Shown: positions 1 through 12,798, numbered from the stretch's first letter. The stretch is 64,000 nt of DNA from an uncultured delta proteobacterium (GCA_963843145.1 CAWJJC010000008.1:1-64000), one strand, 5' to 3'. Translations and numbers: made by a program. Notes: generated by a model not told the origin, from the sequence alone.

Positions 1-259
1 TTTCAATGGATTCTTCTTCCTGACTCGTAAAATTTTTCGCGCCCTGCTCCTCCTCCCCGTTGATGGGGAAGGGTGAGGAAGGTAACTACCCTGATTTTAT
101 CTATTTTCTTGGGATTGTCAAGGAGTGGAGTTCCGCGTCGCCGAGTACCCACGGTATTCTTTCAAGACCTTGGAATCCAGCTAGCAAACACCGCGATATA
201 GACACCGGCCTGCGGGGGGGGAGAGGATCCGGCACCTTGAATTGAAATATTGTCGAAAG

Positions 260-664
260 CTAAGTGGAAAAGTGCTTTCGAACTTTCGCCACAATCTGAC
301 GATCCGTCATCTGGTCAACGGTTTCAACCCCCACGATGCGCCCTCCGAGATTGTCTCTTTTCAGACGCTTTTTCAATTCGCCTTTGGCCTCACCTGGACC
401 GAATATCAGAATTGATTCCGCCTCCCGAATACTTGCTATTACCGCATCATAGTAAAGGTTAAGATGCCCCGTCAGCTTTCTCTGGCGACTGTCCCCTGCC
501 GGTACATGTTGTGATTCATAGGGACCCTTAAGAGGTGAATCACCAGACCGACGGAGCTGCTTTTCAACCTGCGAGATGACCAGTCCAATCTCTTCCCCTT
601 TGTCCGTAACAGCCACGACCATAGCCTTCTTATGGTCAATCCACACTCCCACCTTTGTTTTCAT
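260..664 (-). CDS. Host-attachment/baeRF (eRF1-domain-like) small protein
   Basis: N-terminal VGVWIDHKKA and ILIFGPGEAKGEL motifs resemble this family; AGGAG RBS upstream. Confidence 0.6.
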   Translation of the reverse strand: MKTKVGVWIDHKKAMVVAVTDKGEEIGLVISQVEKQLRRSGDSPLKGPYESQHVPAGDSRQRKLTGHLNLYYDAVIASIREAESILIFGPGEAKGELKKRLKRDNLGGRIVGVETVDQMTDRQIVAKVRKHFST

Positions 665-682
665 CGATTTCTCCTTATCTAA

Positions 683-1321
683 TCATTTATCCACTTTTCT
701 TCGTATTTTTTCTACGTTTACCTTCTTGACATAGTCAACGATGTTGAACCACTTCGTATGAAATCCATACCCCCCGTTGACCATTTCTTCTATCGCCTCC
801 TTTTTCGTCCATCCTTGTTCCACAATCCTAAACATGGCCACCATAACGCCGAGTCTATCCGCCCCCCGCCAGCAGTGCATTAAGAACGGACCATTCTCCC
901 TTTTTCTTATTATACGCAGAACTCTGACCACGTCTTCATTTTCAATATGCCAGGGCTTGACGCTTAATTCTTCAATACGCAATCCCGCTTTTTTGTTTTT
1001 GTCCGCATCGGAATGGAAGACCCTCAAATTGATCACGGTCTTTATACCCATTTGGGCGAGATTCTTCATTCCCTCTTCGGTCGGTTGTTCACTTCGATAA
1101 AGATAATCGGTGACCTTATAAAAATCACCCACCCCTGGCATTTGGATCGGTGTGGCCCAACGGATCGGTCGATCAGACGCTGCCGCCAGACCTGCGGGCA
1201 CAAAAATCAATAACCAGGAAATTGCTTTTATAAGACTCATCGAAAAAATTATTCTCCGGGTCAGAGGATTTTTCAACTCGCCATCTCTCGAAATTCCGAT
1301 TGAATCACTCGAATCATGCAT
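683..1321 (-). CDS. Exported dual-specificity/tyrosine phosphatase (true start probably internal, MSLIKA)
   Basis: HCWRGADR = HCx5R P-loop; hydrophobic signal-like segment. Confidence 0.85.
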   Translation of the reverse strand: MHDSSDSIGISRDGELKNPLTRRIIFSMSLIKAISWLLIFVPAGLAAASDRPIRWATPIQMPGVGDFYKVTDYLYRSEQPTEEGMKNLAQMGIKTVINLRVFHSDADKNKKAGLRIEELSVKPWHIENEDVVRVLRIIRKRENGPFLMHCWRGADRLGVMVAMFRIVEQGWTKKEAIEEMVNGGYGFHTKWFNIVDYVKKVNVEKIRRKVDK

Positions 1322-1330
1322 AATGATTTT

Positions 1331-2725
1331 CTAAAGCCAGCGGGAGATCAAATGGGCTAACCGCTCCCGGATTTTGGAAAGCAACGGTCTTTTTCTCCAC
1401 TCTTCCCAGCGAATCTCACCGGACTCCGCCAGATCCGTGGCAAACATCTTCTCCATCTCCAGGGCGAACGTACGGCTCAGAATAATCGCGTTCACTTCGT
1501 CATTGGTTGAAAAACTCCAGAAATCCATATTGGTGGAGCCGACTGTCGACCAGATGCCGTCAATGACCAGCGTTTTGGCATGCAGGAGAACCTTATTGCG
1601 CCGGTATAACTTTACCCCTGCTTCCAAAAGCTCGGAATAAAAATATTGTCCGGCATATTGAGCGAGTGAAGAATCGGTGGTTCCGGAAAGAATAATCTTC
1701 ACCTCGACCCCGCGCTTGGCGGCATCCGTGAGGGCCTCCACGGTCTGGTGGTCGGGGACAAAATAGGCATTGGTCATATGAAGCGAATGCTCGGCAAAGG
1801 TGATGGCGGACACATAGAGAATAAAAGTGAGCCTGTTGGCCTCTCCCGGACTGCTGGCGACCACTCCCACCAGGGTATTCCCCTCCTCCTTTTTCAAATC
1901 GGGGAAGTAGTTCCGTTCGGATAGTTTCGCGCCCTGCTGCCTCTGCCAGGTGGCCAGAAAAAGCTTTTGGAACTCAGCCACTGCCGGCCCTTCAATTTGA
2001 ACGTCGGTATCCCGCCAGGGGATGTGGGTCGGATCGTGTTCCCCCCTTCCGGAAAGCCCGCTCGAATAGACCTGGCTGATGTTGACGCCCCCGGTAAAAG
2101 CGACCCGTCCGTCGACGATCAAAATCTTGCGATGATCCGATTTGGCCAGACGCCATTTTCCGCGGGCCTTAATCGGATTTATCGGGTTAAATTCGGCCAC
2201 CTGAATCCCTCCCGCACGCAGACGCTGAAAGAAGGAAGCGGGGGTGCTGTTACTGCCTAAGCTGTCATAAAGGATATTCACCTGAACACCGGCCGCCTGT
2301 TTTTGCAACAAGAGATCGGCCAGTTTCAGCCCCGTTTCATCATTGACCGTGATGTCTTCGATGATAAAGGTTTCCAGATTGATATGGTCTTTCGCCTTTC
2401 GGATCGCTTTGAACATGGCGGCATAGGTGGCTGGACCATCAACGAGCAAAGTGACTTTGTTCCCTTTGGTTAACGGGCTCTCACTCAGCGATTCTATAAG
2501 GGCAAGATAACGTTGCAGAATGTCCGTTGGGTCGACGGATCGCTGCAATCGTTCCACGAGGTTTTTACTCTGTTGGGGAGATAACAGTCCTTTGGCCGAA
2601 AGGATTTGAGGAGATTTTCGGGTAACGGGCGCTTCCTGAATCTTTTCCGAAACATTCGGCAGGGAAGCACACCCGCCAAGGATCAAGATGGAAAGGAAAA
2701 GAAGGAACGGCTTGATAATCTTCAT
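1331..2725 (-). CDS. cls: Cardiolipin synthase / phospholipase D family lipoprotein
   Basis: Two HKD motifs (DHRKILIVD, LHAKTLVID); lipobox LGGC after start MKIIKP at 2725. Confidence 0.9.
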   Translation of the reverse strand: MKIIKPFLLFLSILILGGCASLPNVSEKIQEAPVTRKSPQILSAKGLLSPQQSKNLVERLQRSVDPTDILQRYLALIESLSESPLTKGNKVTLLVDGPATYAAMFKAIRKAKDHINLETFIIEDITVNDETGLKLADLLLQKQAAGVQVNILYDSLGSNSTPASFFQRLRAGGIQVAEFNPINPIKARGKWRLAKSDHRKILIVDGRVAFTGGVNISQVYSSGLSGRGEHDPTHIPWRDTDVQIEGPAVAEFQKLFLATWQRQQGAKLSERNYFPDLKKEEGNTLVGVVASSPGEANRLTFILYVSAITFAEHSLHMTNAYFVPDHQTVEALTDAAKRGVEVKIILSGTTDSSLAQYAGQYFYSELLEAGVKLYRRNKVLLHAKTLVIDGIWSTVGSTNMDFWSFSTNDEVNAIILSRTFALEMEKMFATDLAESGEIRWEEWRKRPLLSKIRERLAHLISRWL

Positions 2726-3006
2726 TCGTCTGGTGGAATCTCCAAATATGGAGGGATCTTTGAGGGAAGCCGGACGATTTAATCCGACTTTTTGATCTCC
2801 GGACGGACTATCTCGAGCTTGTGCATTCTGGCCCTCAAGGTGCTGGGGTGGAGGCCCAGGATAGCGGCGGCCCCATCCTTTCCCTTGGGTGGGCGACCGC
2901 AATAGAGGGCAGATTAACCTGAAATCGGACCGCTGCTGCCGTGGGGTCTCGGCGAAACCAGATCTAGGGGGGGGTACCCGCCCAAACGGGCAAAGCCTCT
3001 GACTCC

Positions 3007-5193
3007 TTAGGCCTCGATAATCTCGCGGATCTTGGCCTTGACTTCCTCATTCAGGAAATCCCACAACCCCACCCTATGCAAGGTATCGATCGTGGGGATT
3101 CCGGTATCGGTCCAGCCCCGTTTCTGATAATAAATGTGAATCAATTTTCGTAACTGTTCTTTTCGGAACCCGATCAGGATTTCGCGTTTATCGGCGGTTT
3201 TCATGACGGCTACGTCCGGGAGAGGTTTTCCCAGAATGCGGCTTAGTTCCTCGTCGTGATAATCCCTTTCCGCCAGATAAAGCTCATCGTCCGTGGGCCC
3301 GATGGCCCGCTCGGGGATCCAGTCGTACTCTCCGGTTGATTTACCAAAGACCATTATGTTCATAACCCGCTGCAGGTTGATGTCCCGGTCCGTCTGCTCG
3401 AAGATCTCTTCCCAGGTCAGTTCCGTTCCCAGCATGCCGTTGTAGAACTCGGCGTAGATCTCCTGAGAGGCCGGATTGATGTAGATATCGGTATCCTTTC
3501 TTTTTTCGGATTCCGGATTGAAGACATCCACCCAGGGAAGTTTGCACAATCCCAGGTTGTCGTTTCCCAGACGGACGCGGGGGTAGGTGATCAAGGCTCG
3601 GGCCTTGGCCTCCAGGGTGGGAAAGGCGCCCAGCAGATCCACTTTGATGAGCCAGGCCGCGGCATGATGGGCGCCGATATCGCTGGCGGCGGCGTAAGAG
3701 CCCTGCATGGACAAGGAACGGTGGGTCCGGTAGAGGGAAAAGGGCAACCCCTTGGCCTGCATGGCAAAGCGCTCCAGTTCCCGGATGGGGGCCGGCCGGC
3801 CGGTTCGTTGCGCATATTTGTCGGCCACCCATTTGACCACCTCCGGCAGGCCCCGGCCGGCTTTGCCCGCCAATTCCGTCTCCTGCAAGGCAATCCGATG
3901 GATAAAAGCCAAGGCCGCTTTTTCATCGCCCCAATTCAGTTCCCATCCCCCGGTATCCTCCGGGGTCAGATAGCCCCGCTGAAAACATTCCATGATAAAG
4001 GCCATGATGACGGCCACGGTAATGGTATCGATGCCGTAATTGTCACAGTGCCAGTTGGCTTCCATGATGAATTCGGGATTCCATATCCCCAAATTGGAAC
4101 CGAAAGCGGCGGCGGTTTCGTACTCCGGGCCGTCGACCCAGACCCGCTCCCGGTGTCCGCCGGAGGTCAGGGTCACCGGTCCCCCTTTGGTGCAGCGCAG
4201 GTTGCAGCCCGGAAAACAGCCGTCCACGCCCTGATGCACGAATAACCGTTCCGCGTAAGTCGTGCCGCAGATCTGCCCCGCCCGGGGGTCCGACCCCAAT
4301 TGATAGTTGTTCACCGGCAGGGACTGAAAGGCCTCCTTGTTCATGAAGCTGATCAGGCCGGCCGAGCCTTTGCGGTGCATTTGCAGGGAATGGGGATCGA
4401 CTTCCTTCACCACCTGGTGGAGCCGGGCGCCGGCCTTTTTTACCCGGTCCCAGTCATGGGCGCCGTAGGGGTTTTCACCCCGGGGGTATTCGGCCAGAAT
4501 AACCACGGCCCGGATATTTTTGTCGCTCATGACCGACCCCAGACCGGTCCGGCCGGCCTGCTTGGTTCGAAAGATCCCTCGGGTCCCATTGACCGGCTTG
4601 GTGGGATCATAATAATGGCTATTGATACAGCCGTAGGTCGTCCGGGCGGCCCCGATGCCGGTGCTTAAAAAGACGATATCTTTTTTGGAATAGCCCCGGC
4701 CCAGGAATTGATCGACCAGCATTTTTTCCAGTTCAAAAACCTGATCGACGATCGGCGCCTGCTCCAGCGTAATCTCATTTTTAAAGCCGTCGATGACAAT
4801 CATCAGCTCTTTTTCAGCCTTTCCGGTGATTTCCAGGGCATCAAAACCGGCATATTTAAGAAAGGCCCCGAAGTGTCCCCCGAAATTGGAGACGCCGGGG
4901 ATATGGGTCAGGGGGGAGAGGGAGACGGCCATGCACTTGCTGGTCCCGGGGAAATGAGGGATACCCCCCAGCGGCCCGGGGGAGAGGATTAAAGGGTTTT
5001 CCGGATCGTAAGCCGAGGTCTGAGGCGTGATCCGCCGGTGGAGAAGATAGAGGCCCAATCCCCGGCCGCCGATAAAGAAGTCCCGTATCTTGGGATCAAG
5101 GGGGTCGACGCGGATAGCGCCGGTTCCTACATCTATATTCAAAAGTTGATTAGCATATCCATGATCGAGGTGCGATTTGGTGTAGGGAAACAT
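3007..5193 (-). CDS. aor: Aldehyde:ferredoxin oxidoreductase family (W/Mo-pterin)
   Basis: FIGGRGLG, LKYAGFDAL, AGRTGLGSVM, CFPGCNLRC, GPEYET, DNYGIDTI motifs. Confidence 0.85.
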   Translation of the reverse strand: MFPYTKSHLDHGYANQLLNIDVGTGAIRVDPLDPKIRDFFIGGRGLGLYLLHRRITPQTSAYDPENPLILSPGPLGGIPHFPGTSKCMAVSLSPLTHIPGVSNFGGHFGAFLKYAGFDALEITGKAEKELMIVIDGFKNEITLEQAPIVDQVFELEKMLVDQFLGRGYSKKDIVFLSTGIGAARTTYGCINSHYYDPTKPVNGTRGIFRTKQAGRTGLGSVMSDKNIRAVVILAEYPRGENPYGAHDWDRVKKAGARLHQVVKEVDPHSLQMHRKGSAGLISFMNKEAFQSLPVNNYQLGSDPRAGQICGTTYAERLFVHQGVDGCFPGCNLRCTKGGPVTLTSGGHRERVWVDGPEYETAAAFGSNLGIWNPEFIMEANWHCDNYGIDTITVAVIMAFIMECFQRGYLTPEDTGGWELNWGDEKAALAFIHRIALQETELAGKAGRGLPEVVKWVADKYAQRTGRPAPIRELERFAMQAKGLPFSLYRTHRSLSMQGSYAAASDIGAHHAAAWLIKVDLLGAFPTLEAKARALITYPRVRLGNDNLGLCKLPWVDVFNPESEKRKDTDIYINPASQEIYAEFYNGMLGTELTWEEIFEQTDRDINLQRVMNIMVFGKSTGEYDWIPERAIGPTDDELYLAERDYHDEELSRILGKPLPDVAVMKTADKREILIGFRKEQLRKLIHIYYQKRGWTDTGIPTIDTLHRVGLWDFLNEEVKAKIREIIEA

Positions 5194-5382
5194 TTTGCTG
5201 CTCGATTCCTATTTAGATTTATCTGAAGTCCTTCCGGGACGGGCCGAGTATAAACGAGGGTAAAAATGAGAGTCAAGGAGAAAATGGGAAGAAATTGGGG
5301 ACGCGCGCTCGGAGAGCCGGCAAAAATCCGATACTCGCCGGAGCGAATAATAGCCATCGGCGGGCTGTTGAACGGTTATTGA

Positions 5383-6756
5383 TTGATAATTCCCGGGGTT
5401 CTGCATTATAAGGAGGTAGGCGAGTTGCCCTTTGATTTTGGCCGGACCGGTGGCGGCTATCCTGGCGATGGCCTGAACGTCAGTGGGCCTCCAAAGACAG
5501 ATCGGTTTATCTTGGGAGGAGAACAAATTTTGAATTTTCCAACTAAAGCAGAAAGATATTCTCTCGCAGAACGCGAACCTGAGAACACAGAGATCCCATT
5601 TTTCCCCTCGCCACGGGCATTTTTTATATTTTTATTTCTTTCGGGTTTAATCCTGTCAGGTTCAGGTTGGGCGGCAGCACCGGGCGAGGGCCGTGAACAC
5701 CGGATTACTGTGGAGGGGTTCTGGTTCACCTACTTGCCTTTGACGGCAAACGATTGGATCCCACCGGGCCCTCCCGCCGGCAATCCAAGCGGTCACTGCG
5801 CCATCCCGCCAGGTGCCGGGGAGGAGAATACCTCCAGTCCGGATCAAGTAATCGGCGACGGAACGCCCCAAAGCTGTACCAGTGAAGCGGTGGTGGCCGC
5901 CGTGGCCCAGGGCGGGGTTATCACCTTCAACTGCGGGCCGGCCCCGGTTACCATTGTTTTAAAACAGACCGCCAAGGTGCTCAACAACACCGGCCCGAAG
6001 ATCGTCCTCGATGGCGGAGGCAAGGTAACCCTGAGTGGAGATAACTCCAGACGCATACTGTATATGAATACCTGCGACCCGGCCCAGGTCTGGACTACCT
6101 CTCACTGTCAGAACCAGGACCACCCGCAGCTCACGGTGCAAAATATGACTTTTACTAACGGCAACTCTCAAGGAGAAACAACCTACGATGGCGGAGGCGC
6201 TATCTGGGTCAGGGGGGGGCGCTTCAAGATTGTCAACTCCCGCTTTTTCAACAATGTCTGCGCCGATACCGGGCCGGATGTGGGCGGAGCGGCCGTGCGG
6301 GTCTTCAGCCAGTACCAGGGGCAACCCGTGTACGTGGTCAACAGCACCTTCGGAGGGGCCGAGGGATTCGGCAACAGCGGTTCCAACGGCGGCGGCCTCA
6401 GCAGTATCGGCGTTTCCTATACGGTGATCAATTCGCTATTTTCCCACAACCGGGCTGTCGGCACCGGGGCCAACCCGGCCCGGGCCGGAACGCCCGGCGG
6501 CGGGAGCGGCGGTGCCATCTATAATGACGGCAATACCTTCACCCTGAGTTTATGCGGGACCCGAATCGAGCACAACCAGGCCAACGAAGGCGGGGGTGCC
6601 ATTTTTTTTGTCAGCAACGACCGGTCCGGTTCACTCCGCATAGAGGATTCTTTCCTGTCCCATAACCCCAGCGGCCGGTTTGAGACGCCCGGCTACCCGG
6701 GCATCTATTTTTTGGGAAATGGGTCACCCTTGGTTATCAACTCCACCATCGAATAA
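5383..6756 (+). CDS. Secreted pectin-lyase-like beta-helix protein (start uncertain)
   Basis: Repeated GGAI / FxxN turns, GGVITFNCG cap, hydrophobic signal-like stretch near 5620-5680. Confidence 0.7.
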   Translation: MIIPGVLHYKEVGELPFDFGRTGGGYPGDGLNVSGPPKTDRFILGGEQILNFPTKAERYSLAEREPENTEIPFFPSPRAFFIFLFLSGLILSGSGWAAAPGEGREHRITVEGFWFTYLPLTANDWIPPGPPAGNPSGHCAIPPGAGEENTSSPDQVIGDGTPQSCTSEAVVAAVAQGGVITFNCGPAPVTIVLKQTAKVLNNTGPKIVLDGGGKVTLSGDNSRRILYMNTCDPAQVWTTSHCQNQDHPQLTVQNMTFTNGNSQGETTYDGGGAIWVRGGRFKIVNSRFFNNVCADTGPDVGGAAVRVFSQYQGQPVYVVNSTFGGAEGFGNSGSNGGGLSSIGVSYTVINSLFSHNRAVGTGANPARAGTPGGGSGGAIYNDGNTFTLSLCGTRIEHNQANEGGGAIFFVSNDRSGSLRIEDSFLSHNPSGRFETPGYPGIYFLGNGSPLVINSTIE

Positions 6757-7065
6757 CCTGCCTTAGCCGGCCAATACAAACGGAGAAGCCCTTAACCGGT
6801 TTTTTCCGGACCATAGCAAGCCTGAGCCGTTGGGTTCGAAATGCGCAGTTCGCCTGTAAAGCCGATAACAGGAAATCCCTCTTGGTTTTGCGAACTGCGT
6901 GACAACCGGGAGGACCGGCGGTCGAGTGGCAAAAAAGTTTTCCTGTCGCAACTAACTAGAATAAATCATATTTCCCCTGGTCGGCATTCTTTTAGTGAGG
7001 ATTGGGGATATGAAACGGCATGGGAAATGCTATTATAGATTCTACCAAAAATCAGGAGGAATTCC

Positions 7066-9341
7066 GTGGATCCCGGATTTAGACCAAAGCCAAATCTTTC
7101 CGATCCGGTTTCGCCAGACCTGCCGGACCGTATCCCCGCTTCAACATTCATCCCATCCGATTGGCTGAAGGCCCTCCAGCGGGTCTTTGGCTTTCCGGGT
7201 TTTCGGCCCCACCAGGAGGACATTGTCCGGGCCATTCAGGGGGCCGGGACGTCTTTGCCGTCATGCCCACCGGAGGGGGCAAATCCCTCTGTTATCAGTT
7301 GCCCTCCCAGATGCTGCCGGGGACCACCCTGGTCATCAGCCCCTTGATCGCGCTGATGAAAGACCAGGTGGATGCCGCCTGCAAAATAGGCCTGCGGGCG
7401 GCCTACCTCAACAGCAGCCAGACGGAGTCGGAACGGACGGAGGTCATCGGCCGTCTGCAAAGCGAGGGCCTTGATCTCCTTTATGTGGCGCCGGAACGAT
7501 TGGCCCAGGATAGCTTTCTGCATCACCTCCAGGGGGTTAAACTCCTTCTGGCGGCCGTCGACGAAGCCCATTGCATTTCGGAATGGGGACCTGATTTCCG
7601 TCCTGATTATCTCCAACTGGCTAGATTAATCGACTATTTCCCCGAAACGCCGATTGCCGCCTTTACCGCCACCGCCACCCTTCGGGTCCAAACCGACATC
7701 ATCGAGCGCCTCCGGCTGCGCGACCCGCTTCGGGTGAGGGCTTCTTTCGACCGCCCCAACCTTCTTATTGAAGTATGGCCCAAGGAGGATATCGAACGTC
7801 AAATCCTGGACTTCGTTCGACAATATCCCCGGGAGGCGGGGATAGTCTACCGCACCACCCGGGAGAGTGTGGAGCGGACCGCGAAGCACCTGGCCGCCCA
7901 GGGCCTCAAGGCCCTGCCCTACCACGCCGGACTTGACGATTCCCTGCGGAAAGCCAATCAGGAAGCCTTCAACAGAGACGAGGTCGAGGTAATGGTGGCC
8001 ACCATCGCTTTCGGGATGGGGATCGATAAATCGAATATTCGGTATGTGGTGCATGGCGATCTTCCCAAAAACCTGGAGAGCTATTATCAGGAAATGGGCC
8101 GGGCCGGGCGTGACGGGGAGCCGGCCCACTGCGTCCTATTTTACCGCCGGGGGGACCTTCCCAAAATCCATTATTTCATCGATCAGCTTTCCGATGAAAC
8201 CGAGCAGCGACGCCAGCGGCAGGCCTTGGCCCGTCTGACGGCCTATGCCCAGAGCCCGATCTGCCGGCGCCGGCTGATTCTGGGCTATTTCGGGGAGCGC
8301 TACGAACCCGAAAATTGCCGAACTTGTGACAACTGCACCACCGAGAAGGAAACCGTCGACGCGACCGTGGAAGCCCAAAAAATTCTTTCCGCGATTTTTC
8401 GAACCGGGGAGCGTTTCGGCGCCGGCCATATTGCCGATATCGTTTGCGGCGCCGACACGCAGAAAATCCGGCGGCTGCGCCACGATCAGCTTAAGACCTA
8501 CGGGGCGGGCCGGGACCGGCCGAAAAAATACTGGCTGCAGGTCATGGATGAGCTGATTGCCCAGGGAGAGCTGGCGCAGAGCGAAGGCGCGTATCCGGTG
8601 CTTAGATTGACCGATCAGGGAGAAGCGCTGCTGCAGGGAAAACGGGGTTTTTCAATGGTTCACCGGGTCGCCTTGGAACGATCGGGTAGCGCGGGAAAAG
8701 CCTTTTCCTCGCCAAACTTCAATCAGGAACTCTTCGATCAACTCCGCAGCCTGCGCAGGACCCTGGCCCAAAAGGAAAGTGTTCCGCCCTATATCATTTT
8801 TTCCGACCGGACACTCCATGAAATGGCTTCCTTCTTCCCGGCTACGTCCGAAGACCTGCTAAAGATTACCGGTGTGGGCGAATCCAAGCTGAACCGCTAT
8901 GGGTCGGTATTCATCGAAACCCTCGTCACCTTTCTGAAATCGCACCCGGACCTCAAGGCCTCTCGACCTAAAGATTCTTCGGCACCAAGGGTTCCGGAAA
9001 GCTCTCCGGTCTCTTCGGCCGCCCGGACCGGAAGCGGCACGGTCGAAGCGACCTGGGACCTGGTCCGGCAGGGGCACGGTCTGGAAGAGATGGCCAAACG
9101 CCGGAAGCTCAGCCCGCAAACGATCCGATCCCACCTCGAATCCCTGATTCTCGCCGGGCGACCGATCGACCTTAACCGGCTGGTCGACCCGAAAAAACAG
9201 GTCTATCTAACCGAGCTTTTTACCGGAAGGCCGGCGGCGAGGCTACGGGATATTATGGAGTCCTCCGACGGTTCCTTGTCCTGGGATGAAATCGCCCTCA
9301 TGAAAGCCTGGCTGAACCGCCCGGATGGTGAAGGACATTAG
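7066..9341 (+). CDS. recQ: DNA helicase RecQ, frameshifted at the G-run near 7240
   Basis: FGFPGFRPHQE in one frame continues as MPTGGGKSLCYQLP, DEAH, QEMGRAGRDG, RQC zinc site and HRDC in another. Confidence 0.92.
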
Positions 9342-9431
9342 CGTTTAAAATGCGGGGGAATCGTGAGGTAATACGGAATGCCTATCTTGAACCCCTCAAG
9401 CCGGTTAGGCCGGGGTCCCAGGCCCCGCGGA

Positions 9432-9857
9432 TCACTTCACCGAAGTCTTATTGGCCTCCTCCGGCTTTTTTAACGGATTACCCTTCGACTCCTCGTTCTG
9501 TTCCCGATGCAGTTGCCAGCAGCCGTCTCCCTTCTTGGAAAAGGTCAGCCACATGGGGCCGGGCGGCCCGTTTTTATAGGATACGTTTTTCCACAGGCAG
9601 TCTTTCATGACCAGGCCATCCTTCTGACTCGTCTTTTCCTCGTCGGGCCCGTAGCAGATCACCCCGCCGCTGCAATCGATCCGGTAAAGCGGCGTCCGGT
9701 CCCCTCCGGCCGTTTTTTCCGACTGGGGTTCAATATAACTCGAGGAGGGCTGGTGCCATTGAAAAAAGTAAAAGGTTTCGCTGCACCCGGTTAAAAGGAA
9801 GCCCGGCAGGAAAAGCAGCCACCAACCGTATTTGAATTTGAAAGGCCCGGTTTTCAT
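9432..9857 (-). CDS. Hypothetical lipoprotein
   Basis: ATG at 9857 after GGAGG; lipobox LTGC. Confidence 0.6.
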   Translation of the reverse strand: MKTGPFKFKYGWWLLFLPGFLLTGCSETFYFFQWHQPSSSYIEPQSEKTAGGDRTPLYRIDCSGGVICYGPDEEKTSQKDGLVMKDCLWKNVSYKNGPPGPMWLTFSKKGDGCWQLHREQNEESKGNPLKKPEEANKTSVK

Positions 9858-9900
9858 GATTTCCTCCAGCAATAGTATTTCGGCCCCAGAGGCCCGGCGA

Positions 9901-10987
9901 TTAACCGCCCGGTGAAATTGAAAAGGTTGAGGGGTTTTCGGCGACCAGGCGCCAGGCGGTATCCGCCAGAAAATAGGCGTAGGCCCCATACCTTTGAGCA
10001 TTGTCGGAGCTGGCGATCCCATCCAGTCCCCGCTTATACACTCCTTGAACGATAGCCGCCAGCCGGAACAGGCTGAAGGCGATGAAAAAAGTCCAGTCGG
10101 AAGGGACCTTCCGGCCGGTCCGCCGACAGTAAGCCGCCAGGTAATCGGCCTCGGACGGAATTCCTAACTCGACCAGGTTCAAACCCAGATAGCCGTACCC
10201 GGAAAGCTCCCCGGAAGGCAAGTAATAGCTCATGCAGTTATAGGCCAAATCCGCCAGGGGGTGGCCGAGGGTGGAAAGCTCCCAGTCCAGGACCGCCAGG
10301 ACGCGGGGTTCGGTGGGGTGGAAAATCGTGTTTTCGAGGCGATAGTCTCCGTGGACGACGGTGGTCGCTTCATCCGTGGGGATGTTCTCCCGGAGCCACT
10401 GGATCAGGCGATCCATACTTCTCCATTTCACCGGTCTTGGAGGCCTCATACTGTTTGGCCCAGCGGGCCACCTGCCGGGTCATGTAATTTCCCGGTTTCC
10501 CGAAATCCGCCAAACCCGCGGCCTGCCAGTCCACCCGGTGAATGGCGGCCAGCGTTTCGTTCAGGGCTTCGAAGATCTGAGCCCGTTCCCGAACGTTTCG
10601 AGCCTGGGAGACGATCGGGTCGCGGAAAATCCGGCCTTTGACCCGCTCCATTAGGTAGAAGGACGTTCCGATCACCTGTTCGTCCGTACAGAGGAGATAG
10701 GGTTCGGGGACCGGAACCCCGGCGCCTTTCAGGGCCTTGATGATCCGGTATTCCCTATCCACCGCGTGGGCCGAGGGCAGCAGTTTCCCCGGCGGCTTTT
10801 TTCGCAGCACAACCTCCTTTCCGGCGGCGGAAAGCAGGAAGGTGGGGTTGGACTGTCCGAACCCGAACTGCTGAACGGTCAAGGCACCCGAGAAGCCTTT
10901 CAGTTCCTTCCGGAGGTATTCGGCCAGGGCCGCCACATTCAGCCGATGGGCCTCCCGGACAGGACCAATTTCTTCTCTTAAGGTCAT
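9901..10987 (-). CDS. APH/phosphotransferase family protein (ACAD10/11 kinase-like), one frameshift near 10420
   Basis: GQSNPTF, HAVDREY in the 5' ORF; VHGDYRLEN, VLDWELSTLG in the 3' ORF. Confidence 0.87.
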
Positions 10988-11082
10988 CTTATCACTTATT
11001 CCAAAGACCCAGGCAGTGCGGACTTAGAATGATATTCACCGCAAAGACGCCAAGGACGCCAAGAAAAAAATACCAATTCTAA

Positions 11083-12285
<1,203 letters not shown>

Positions 12286-12451
12286 GGTGGTTCTCCTCTC
12301 GTAATCAGAACTATTGCTTACCCGTATAGTATACAAACGGATTCGGGTGGAGCAAGAAAATTCCCCCTTTCTGCGATTTTGTCTATAGCTTTTTATTTCC
12401 GACGGGTTATAATCGCCAAGAATCCATATTCCTAATTCCTACTAACCCCCC

Positions 12452-12760
12452 ATGCCTAAGAAAAAGATAAGAAGAAGACTCAAACTCGAAGAACAGACCT
12501 CGCGAGCGGAATTCCTGGAAAAGGTAAAGAGGTATCCTATCGCCAAAGGAAAAGAGATCCTGGTCAATCCCACCGATCGAGACAAGATGTCCCAGGTGCT
12601 GCTGGATTTCGTTGACCCCCTGTTAGAAAACTTTGGCTCTGAAATCCCGGTGAAAAAAATTTTAGGGGTAGGGATCACGGCCTGGAATTTGAGACTGTCC
12701 GACTTTGGCGACCGGTATGGTCTGCAGGTCTTCTCCGTCGACGTTCCTGGAAATCAGTAG
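12452..12760 (+). CDS. Hypothetical protein, possibly internally deleted
   Basis: KMSQVLLDF...AWN motif; TATAAT upstream at 12408. Confidence 0.5.
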   Translation: MPKKKIRRRLKLEEQTSRAEFLEKVKRYPIAKGKEILVNPTDRDKMSQVLLDFVDPLLENFGSEIPVKKILGVGITAWNLRLSDFGDRYGLQVFSVDVPGNQ

Positions 12761-12798
12761 ATAGAAATTTAATGGGCAGGTGGAAAGGGTGGTGACCA

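Noticed and set aside
2830-3005. Hairpin-rich spacer with GGCGAAACC and GCAAAGCC, suggestive of a c-di-GMP riboswitch
   Set aside because: Motif spacing does not fit and it lies antisense to the flanking genes
5209-5526. 105-aa minus-strand ORF upstream of aor
   Set aside because: No recognisable motif, non-ATG start, overlaps the opposite-strand ORF; unsupported
11038-11070. Short tandem GACGCCAAG repeat
   Set aside because: Two copies only; a common intergenic motif with no further structure
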